NCBI GenBank assembly: GCA_041740355.1
Contig: JBGSMD010000063.1
Span: forward strand, 64,001 to 128,000
Direction: 5' to 3'
Length of the DNA: 64,000 nucleotides
Source of the DNA: Bdellovibrionota bacterium
Lineage (GTDB): Bacteria > Bdellovibrionota_C > UBA2361 > CALJRW01
The notes under the pieces are model-generated. The model was given only the letters and a program-made list of their open reading frames with translations. It made no database searches and was not told the origin of the DNA. The position numbers and the translations under genes were made by a program. This document shows, one piece after another, positions 57,251 through 64,000 of the stretch (position 1 is the stretch's first letter; the number at the start of each line of letters is the position of its first letter).

Positions 57251-58214
57251 CGATAAAAGCATCCTCTGACTCAATCTTCTCACTGTTTCCACTCTTAAAG
57301 GCAATGGAGGCCATTTGTGAATTAAAAAAGAAAACCGGCTTTGCACCTTTGGCAATTAAAATCATTGCCCCACCCTTACCCTGACATTTACGTCCTAGTT
57401 CCGAAAACTCATTTTTTAAAATTGTCATTAATTGTTCGGGTTGCTTCTGAAAGATTTCAACGTCAGCTCTTAATTTGTCGCGAATACCGGCAATCACAAA
57501 TCCTGAAATTTGTGATTGTAAAAATGATTCCCCATTACCAGTCGTTGACAGTCCACAGATATCACTATCCGCGAAAACTCCCGATCCAATAATCGGACTA
57601 TCTCCAATTCTTCCGTTTCGTTTCGTATTCACACCACCAGTGCAGGTTCCAGCAGCGATGTTACCAACTCCATCACGCACCACACAACCGACAGTTCCAT
57701 GAGTTGTTCCACCACCAGCAAACTCCGCCTGATTCTCTTTCAACATCTCAGTTACATACGGAGAGAGTAAATCTTGATGGTTAGCAACCCAACCATAACG
57801 CTCTTTAATCTCCGCGTTACAATTATCTGCTTTTTCCATTAGCTCTTGAGTCCAAACAGAAACTAAAGATCTTTCCTCACTTAAAAGATCTAGTGCCACA
57901 GCGGATGGATGAATAATTTTTCTAATGTTTAGCAAAGAAACAAAATTTAAGTTTCCCCTCATTAGTCCAATGTCTTGCAGAACAATACCGTTTACATTCG
58001 GATATCCACCATAGCCCGCATTAAAGTATTCTGATTTTTCCATTACCCGAATTGCAGCCACAACGGCTTCTTCCGCTGTACTTCCTGCTAATAATTTTTT
58101 CCAAGCAGCTTCCCGTGCTTCAATTAAATAAGGGACTTTTTTTATTACACGCTGATGATTCAACGTGCCGGCTCCACCGTGCAAAATTACAGAGAAATGA
58201 TGACTTTGATTCAC
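57222..58214 (-). CDS. iaaA: Isoaspartyl peptidase/plant-type L-asparaginase (Ntn hydrolase)
   Basis: HGGAG, FNAGYG, G|TVGCV, TGG..K..GRIGDSP, TGNGE. Confidence 0.88.
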   Translation of the reverse strand: MNQSHHFSVILHGGAGTLNHQRVIKKVPYLIEAREAAWKKLLAGSTAEEAVVAAIRVMEKSEYFNAGYGGYPNVNGIVLQDIGLMRGNLNFVSLLNIRKIIHPSAVALDLLSEERSLVSVWTQELMEKADNCNAEIKERYGWVANHQDLLSPYVTEMLKENQAEFAGGGTTHGTVGCVVRDGVGNIAAGTCTGGVNTKRNGRIGDSPIIGSGVFADSDICGLSTTGNGESFLQSQISGFVIAGIRDKLRADVEIFQKQPEQLMTILKNEFSELGRKCQGKGGAMILIAKGAKPVFFFNSQMASIAFKSGNSEKIESEDAFIATKEGDYLR

Positions 58215-58249
58215 TTGATTTTATTGAGAATTGTTCATAATGTTATCTA

Positions 58250-59551
58250 GTGACTATAGAATATTTGCCAAGGTTTAGAAAAGCTTTAAACCTGCCCCCA
58301 AATCATTATTTTCTGCACATCGCTGATATTATCAGCTCTCCTAATCGCGAGCAGTTTTTTAAGCCTGAAGCTCAAGGTAGCAAACCACATACACATGCCG
58401 CTCGTGCCTTACCAATAGCGGAATCCAGTGACATTGTTGTTTTAAGTGCGCCCCTTAATCAAAGCTACTACCAGTGGCTCAGATCTCATGGATTAAGCAC
58501 TGAGCATGTTTATAGTTATAACTTAGAAGATACAACCAGCTCGCTTGCTGAAATTATTTCCAGTAATCCCCAGCCTGTCCTTGATTTAATTCAGTCCCAA
58601 TCTGGCACTGCCGTATATTTACCTTTTTATGGAAGTGAGCAGGATCAAATTACTGCAGAACAAATACTAGGGATAAAATTCTATGGAAGTGAAGAAAAAA
58701 TAACTCTTCAATATTTTGATAAATTAATTTTTAAAAATATCTGCACCGACTTAGGGATTGAAATGGTTGAGGGTGACACCCACGACTTGGAACCATATTC
58801 TACACTGAACCGTAAAGAGCTTGCTCAAACAGTTAAAAACCTCTTAAAGAGCTATGAAAAATTAATTATCAGGGGCACTATTGGCTCTGCTGGCAGGTCT
58901 CTTTTTACGACAGACAATGCTGACATTAAAGATATTTATAAGGAGTTACTTTTAAATAATGATCAGCAAGTATTAATTGAACCACTTTTAAATGTAATCT
59001 CTTCACCTAACGATCAATGGATCATTGACCTAAGTGGTGAATGTCGCCACCTCAGCCTGACAGCTCAACTCTTTCAGGGATTAAAGCATGCTGGAAACAT
59101 TTCCGGGCAATATTATTCTCCAAGAATTCAAAATTACATCTTAGAAATATCTGAAAAGATCGTTAAACAGATGGCGGGGGTAGGCTATCGTGGTGTTCTA
59201 GGCATTGACTACATCGTTAGTGATCAAGGTATTTTCCCAATTGAAAACAATGCGCGAGTTAATGGCTCGACTTACGTTCACGCCCTAGCTGAACAATTAG
59301 AAAAAAGCATTGGGAAAATTGAGTGTTGGAAATTTTATAAGGCAAAAACTATTCCAACTACTTTCGATCAATTTAGATTAACAATTTCTGAGGTTATCTA
59401 TGATGGAAAAAGAATTAATTCTGTGTTTCCCTTTGACTGCGATCTGCTAGAAGAAAAAGGAGAGCTAACAATTTTGATCTTTGCCGAAGATGTTTACCAT
59501 ATTGATTATCTGCAAGATGTTTTGAGTCAAAAAGGGATTATTCGAAAGTAA
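58250..59551 (+). CDS. ATP-grasp ligase (pre-ATP-grasp/PGM1-like)
   Basis: DK..FK, GSAG loop, VLIEP, GYRGVLGIDYI, IENNARVNGS. Confidence 0.8.
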   Translation: MTIEYLPRFRKALNLPPNHYFLHIADIISSPNREQFFKPEAQGSKPHTHAARALPIAESSDIVVLSAPLNQSYYQWLRSHGLSTEHVYSYNLEDTTSSLAEIISSNPQPVLDLIQSQSGTAVYLPFYGSEQDQITAEQILGIKFYGSEEKITLQYFDKLIFKNICTDLGIEMVEGDTHDLEPYSTLNRKELAQTVKNLLKSYEKLIIRGTIGSAGRSLFTTDNADIKDIYKELLLNNDQQVLIEPLLNVISSPNDQWIIDLSGECRHLSLTAQLFQGLKHAGNISGQYYSPRIQNYILEISEKIVKQMAGVGYRGVLGIDYIVSDQGIFPIENNARVNGSTYVHALAEQLEKSIGKIECWKFYKAKTIPTTFDQFRLTISEVIYDGKRINSVFPFDCDLLEEKGELTILIFAEDVYHIDYLQDVLSQKGIIRK

Positions 59552-59684
59552 TACTCCCCTTTGGGGACGCCCGCCATTTTTGCAAATATTAGCCCCCAAC
59601 TAGGCGTTCCCAAAGCAGAGAACAGGTTCTGTAAACGTTATTGAACAGTATTTAAATAGATAAAAATTGCTTCGGGTAGAACTG

Positions 59685-59942
59685 TTACAGCCCGCAAGTC
59701 TGTGCGGTTTCTGAACAGGATGGCTCTTTGGCATGATCGCATTTCTTACACTCACATTCCTTTCCTTCTTCGCATTTTTCACCACAATTGCACTTTTCCC
59801 CATCTTTATGGCAACTTTTTTCTTGATTCTGTGGCGCTGCCTTAGTCTCAATAGCGCTAGCTGAATTAATAGCGATCATTCCCACAACAATACCAAACAT
59901 CAGGCCCAAAAGAGTATAAAGAATTGTTTGTTTATTTTTCAT
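59685..59942 (-). CDS. Small exported Cys-rich, metallothionein-like protein
   Basis: Signal peptide (ASA-I), then 9 Cys in CNC/CEC/CxxC patterns plus 2 His. Confidence 0.65.
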   Translation of the reverse strand: MKNKQTILYTLLGLMFGIVVGMIAINSASAIETKAAPQNQEKSCHKDGEKCNCGEKCEEGKECECKKCDHAKEPSCSETAQTCGL

Positions 59943-60022
59943 ATAAATTCTTCAAAAAAAATTACGCGAAGCAAAAAAACTAAATTTTTACCGCTTCATA
60001 GCATATCCTACGATGACGGGCT

Positions 60023-60054
60023 TGCCACGTCATAGCACGAAGTGCGACGACGGG
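60023..60054. repeat. REP-like unit, family R3
   Basis: gccacgtcatagcacgaagtgcgacgacggg resembles gccacggcgtag...cgaagacggg near 4486. Confidence 0.5.
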
Positions 60055-60146
60055 TTACTAGAAACTAAATGAGCAGGAAGAATATGATCTATACCATATC
60101 CAGCCCATTTCGGAAACACTCGTCGAGACTATTTGATTTAAGGCAG

Positions 60147-61211
60147 TTACAAAGGACGGAAGTCTGTCTTAGCCTGAATCTTGCAAACAAATTCTACTAG
60201 CAATTTCACTGTATTATCAATATCTTGTAAAGAAACGACTTCAGCATTGGTATGCATATAACGACAAGGAATCCCAATGGAGGCAGTTGCCTTTCCTCCC
60301 CGACTGAGTTGCATAGCAGAAGCATCTGTTCCGCTTGGCATTGGGTAAAGGTCAACTTGTGTATTAATTTTAGCATCCTTAGCAGCCGCTTGTAGTCGCT
60401 GCTCCACCACAGGGTTTGTATTCAAACCACGGCTTATAGTAGGTCCATAATTTACAGCTATAGTTGTATCCTTTAAATCATTGGCGCCAGGATTATCAGT
60501 AGCATGAGTAACATCAATCGCAATCCCAACCTCCGGATTGATACTGTAAGATGCTGTGATTGCACCACGTAGACCTACTTCTTCTTGCACTGTACTAGCA
60601 GCATAAAGGGCCACTGCTAATTTGCGCTTACTACACTCTTTTAAAGTTTCAATTGCAACATAACAACCAACACGATCATCCATTCCTGGACCAGCAATCA
60701 TATTATTTGCTAGCTCTGTGATATTTAAGTGATAGGTTACTGAATCTCCAATTCCGATCATTTTTTCGGCTTCAGCTTGATCCTTAGCACCAATATCTAA
60801 CCAAAAGAATTTCTCTCCTAGCTTCATCACTGCGCGATCATCCTTATCTTGTAAATGAATTGGACGACGGCCAAACACTGCACTGACTGGTCCATTCTTT
60901 GTGTGCACCGTTGCTTTAGAGCCAGGAACGACGCCAAAATCGATACCTCCAATTGGGGCTACATGCAAACAACCATCTTTAGAAATATAACGAACCATAA
61001 ACCCAATTTGATCACAATGACCGGCAAGCATTACCTTTTTTGTTGCTTTGACATTTAAGCCAGCAAGCAAATTGCCATGGAGATCAATCTCAACAGTATC
61101 AGCATACGGAGTAATATATTCCTTAATTACTCTTTGGATTGGAATCTCGAACCCAGAGACGGAAGGAGTTGTTAATAATTTGTATAAAAAGTCTTTAGAT
61201 AGTTTATTCAT
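60147..61211 (-). CDS. M42 family aminopeptidase
   Basis: GHCDQIG, DDRVG, QEEVGLRGA, IDVT, GTDA, RYMHT. Confidence 0.95.
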   Translation of the reverse strand: MNKLSKDFLYKLLTTPSVSGFEIPIQRVIKEYITPYADTVEIDLHGNLLAGLNVKATKKVMLAGHCDQIGFMVRYISKDGCLHVAPIGGIDFGVVPGSKATVHTKNGPVSAVFGRRPIHLQDKDDRAVMKLGEKFFWLDIGAKDQAEAEKMIGIGDSVTYHLNITELANNMIAGPGMDDRVGCYVAIETLKECSKRKLAVALYAASTVQEEVGLRGAITASYSINPEVGIAIDVTHATDNPGANDLKDTTIAVNYGPTISRGLNTNPVVEQRLQAAAKDAKINTQVDLYPMPSGTDASAMQLSRGGKATASIGIPCRYMHTNAEVVSLQDIDNTVKLLVEFVCKIQAKTDFRPL

Positions 61212-61214
61212 TGT

Positions 61215-61988
61215 TTAATTAAATTCTCGGCGTGAAAAAAAGTGACTGGCAAGGATTATTGCTAACGTGGAATAACCCAAGGCGTAAACTGAATTCCAAA
61301 TGAGAACCTCAAATGGAACAGGGAAATTATGAACTACTTTATTGCTAATATCAACTAATGCTAGATTCGGTAACGCATAATATATTGATTTAGAAAATAT
61401 TTCCATTATTCCTTGAAACTGGAAAGACTCAATCATCTTTAAGATCACATCAGCAGAACGACCTATTAGAAACAATCCAAAAGTAATTGCGCCACTTAGG
61501 AATGGTGTAACAAAAATACTGGATAAAAGAATCACCAAGGCACAAACCATCACTACTTGTAAAAATACTGAGTAACTTGCTAAAATTAGATTTAAATCAA
61601 TTGTTGAATTATAAAAATATAAGAATACAATTAAGGCAAGGCTCATCATCCCGAGCATTAAGAAAAGTGTCATTAACATACCTAAGTATTTCCCCCAAAT
61701 AAACTCGGAGCGTTTAATTGGCTTAGCTAAGATGTTGAAGATAGTTTTTCTACTTAATTCCTTAAAGAGTAATGCCGAACCAGTAATCACTACATAGGCG
61801 ACACCAAAAAGATTCAAGGCTAATAGTCCAAAATCTTTAAGTACTTTAACTTTATCTCCAATTGTTACTAGGCCGAAAACCGACGATGCAATCATTACAA
61901 GCAAAGTAAACATGACAATACTATACAAGATTTTACTACGAATCGATTCTCTAAAGGTGTTTTTTGCTATGATATAGACTTTACGCAT
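61215..61988 (-). CDS. ABC transporter permease (PilI-like)
   Basis: IAKNTFRESIR, KTIFNILAKPI.RSEFIWGKYLG, F.RREF end. Confidence 0.85.
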   Translation of the reverse strand: MRKVYIIAKNTFRESIRSKILYSIVMFTLLVMIASSVFGLVTIGDKVKVLKDFGLLALNLFGVAYVVITGSALLFKELSRKTIFNILAKPIKRSEFIWGKYLGMLMTLFLMLGMMSLALIVFLYFYNSTIDLNLILASYSVFLQVVMVCALVILLSSIFVTPFLSGAITFGLFLIGRSADVILKMIESFQFQGIMEIFSKSIYYALPNLALVDISNKVVHNFPVPFEVLIWNSVYALGYSTLAIILASHFFSRREFN

Positions 61989-62000
61989 TTCCTAACTCCC

Positions 62001-62924
62001 TTAAGATTTGTTTGTTTGTTGTAAAAATAGTTCCTCTAATCCACCGTGAACAAAACGAAATTCTTCAACTATCGCACCTGAATCAACAGAAAGCCGAAGT
62101 GCTCGTTCCGCAATATCCTTTTGCTCAAAGGTTAAATACAAGAACTTATCTTGATTATTAAAATTATTAGTCAAAGCTATTAATTGATTCTCAATCTGGG
62201 AATAGTTCTTAATCTTTAGTGAATAGTGGCCGGGTAATATTTGGGGTAATTCTTTTAAATCAAAAATACCCTTCAAAAATCCTTGTTTCATAATCGCCAC
62301 ACGATCGCAAAGAAATTCAATATCACTTAAAATGTGTGAGGAAATAAAAATTGTTGTGCCATTTTTTTTAGCCTCAAACAATAAATCAGCGAACTCTTTT
62401 CGTCCGATTGGGTCCAGCCCTGAAAACGGCTCATCCAAAATTAATATCTTAGGATTTCCAACTAGTGCTTGAGCCATGGCCACCCTTTGAACTTGTCCCT
62501 TAGAAAGATTCCTAAGTCTAGCATTAGACTTATGCTCAATTTTTACTTTTGCTAATACACGCGCAACCTCATTCCTAATCTCCGAAGAAGGAAGTCCTTT
62601 TAAAACTGCGGCCATCTCAACTACTTCGGAGGCCTTAATATTATCGTAAAAATAAGGTTGCTCTGGTACGAAACCAATGTCTTTTCGCGCTAAGGGATTC
62701 CTAGAACTTTGACCGAAAATTAGCACTTCGCCCTTCGTCGGTTTTGTTAAACCAACTAAACACTTGATCGATGTTGTTTTCCCCGCTCCATTGTGACCCA
62801 AGAATCCAAAAGACTCACCTTCGCGAACCACTAAATTCAAATCATTAACAAATGTCTTGCTTCGAAAAGTCCATTCACTTTGATAAGCATAAAAAAAGTT
62901 TTTAAATTCAATTGCATTATTCAT
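62001..62924 (-). CDS. ABC transporter ATPase (PilH-like)
   Basis: GHNGAGKTT, LSKG, LDEPFSGLDP.GR, SSHIL. Confidence 0.93.
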   Translation of the reverse strand: MNNAIEFKNFFYAYQSEWTFRSKTFVNDLNLVVREGESFGFLGHNGAGKTTSIKCLVGLTKPTKGEVLIFGQSSRNPLARKDIGFVPEQPYFYDNIKASEVVEMAAVLKGLPSSEIRNEVARVLAKVKIEHKSNARLRNLSKGQVQRVAMAQALVGNPKILILDEPFSGLDPIGRKEFADLLFEAKKNGTTIFISSHILSDIEFLCDRVAIMKQGFLKGIFDLKELPQILPGHYSLKIKNYSQIENQLIALTNNFNNQDKFLYLTFEQKDIAERALRLSVDSGAIVEEFRFVHGGLEELFLQQTNKS

Positions 62925-63840
62925 TTTTTTCTTCTTTTTCTAATGGTAATTTTGGGTCAGCAGCTAATTTAGCTTCATGCTCTTTTTCTTCTTTAGTTTT
63001 AAACAAAGAAATTCGTTCTTTAATTTGTTTTGATGCCAATGCACCTTTTTCATCGATCCGATAAATTTCTCCATTTGGATCTAGAAGCTCGGTATCTAAG
63101 GCCCCAACTGATTTTAAGTCCTTCACTGATTTTGGAAGTGACTTAAACTTTTCCTGATATTGATCCCGGTAGGCTTCTAACTTTGCGATACTGATTTCAT
63201 TAAGGGTTTTTTTAAGGTGTTCTTCTAAAGCTCTTTTCTGATTAGGATCTTTAGCATTCTCAATCATCTCGATCAGAAAACTGACTGCTGTTTCTGGATT
63301 ATTAAGATTAGCAATCTGCTTTGTTGCTAAAGAGTTAACGAAAAATGGCGCATCGGGAGCTTTGGAGGCAGCAATAAAATCATCCCTAGCTGCGACTTCA
63401 TCCTTATCAAACATGACATGATTCATTCCGCGAAGATAATAGAATCTCCAATATTTAGGATTAAACTGAATCCCTTTTGATAATAGCTTTTGTCCAGCTA
63501 CTGTATTCTTATTCTCCCAGGCCACTAAATAAGAACAAAACTCATAGAGTTCTTTATGATAAGGATCTAAGTCAGTAATCACATTACACATGTGACTCAG
63601 CCAATAATAATTTTGGTCCTCGCGATAATGCTTCCCAAAATAATTTACTGTTTGAAACCAAAGATAGTTAGATAATGCATTTTGAAAACCAAAAGAGACT
63701 GCTTTTAAATGTTCGCCTTTAGGGAAATATAATAATTCTTGTTCCGGACCAAGAATTGGCGGTAAGTTCTTAGTCTCCAACTGTTGATAGGAGTGAACAC
63801 AACAAAACAATAATATAGCGCTTATTAATAATTTATACAC
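62917..63840 (-). CDS. PilG-like TPR protein of the deltaproteobacterial pilGHI cluster
   Basis: 'LWFQTVNYFG', 'ITDLDPY', 'KGIQFNP..WR'; directly upstream of the ABC pair. Confidence 0.6.
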   Translation of the reverse strand: MYKLLISAILLFCCVHSYQQLETKNLPPILGPEQELLYFPKGEHLKAVSFGFQNALSNYLWFQTVNYFGKHYREDQNYYWLSHMCNVITDLDPYHKELYEFCSYLVAWENKNTVAGQKLLSKGIQFNPKYWRFYYLRGMNHVMFDKDEVAARDDFIAASKAPDAPFFVNSLATKQIANLNNPETAVSFLIEMIENAKDPNQKRALEEHLKKTLNEISIAKLEAYRDQYQEKFKSLPKSVKDLKSVGALDTELLDPNGEIYRIDEKGALASKQIKERISLFKTKEEKEHEAKLAADPKLPLEKEEKNE

Positions 63841-64000
63841 AGAGATTTAATTTTAATTTACTACTAGATACATCTAAATCTTCTAATTTTTTGACGAGAC
63901 GATTCTATTGAATATTCTAAAAAAAATAATCATTTTTAGACGATTCGCCAAAAAATACTCAAGGAACAAAAAGAGTCAAAAAAAGATTCCCGTTTAGGAA

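Noticed and set aside
41-61058. Short antisense or overlapping track ORFs (e.g. 41..307, 1020..1205, 7749..8121, 13417..13950, 23022..25903, 36809..38940, 54768..58240, 59600..59851, 60855..61058)
   Set aside because: Shadows of well-supported genes with no recognisable motifs

Overview
A low-GC bacterial chromosomal window. The pilG/H/I-like cluster, SspB-type adaptor, Cys-rich/RCC1 secreted proteins and FlgM suggest a deltaproteobacteria/Bdellovibrionota-like organism (inference only). Most of it is housekeeping: tag, rlmH, menD/H, pcrA, RegB/RegA-like two-component system, topoisomerase IV, nuoI, nuoB, metF, rsmE, holA/holB, tmk, tatD, secA, and tRNA-Ser(GGA), -Phe(GAA) and -Trp(CCA). The standout is an accessory block at about 27.8-36.7 kb. 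It holds a predicted multi-hairpin ncRNA directly upstream of a three-gene overlapping operon: a group II-like reverse transcriptase (YGDD, with no intron, retron, DGR or CRISPR hallmarks), a ~12-TM membrane protein, and an exported SNase-like plus double-PLD enzyme. A second 130-nt structured element follows the operon, and a carbohydrate-binding protein, an unannotated Flp pilin and a GT-C-like membrane protein flank it upstream. I do not recognise this architecture as a described system. Also seen: a hairpin array after tRNA-Phe, several families of palindromic repeats or MITEs, a type IV pilin frameshifted by an 8-bp tandem duplication, a shared sigma28-like promoter motif, and a His-rich RegB/RegA module with a candidate operator. 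All folds and family calls were made by eye.
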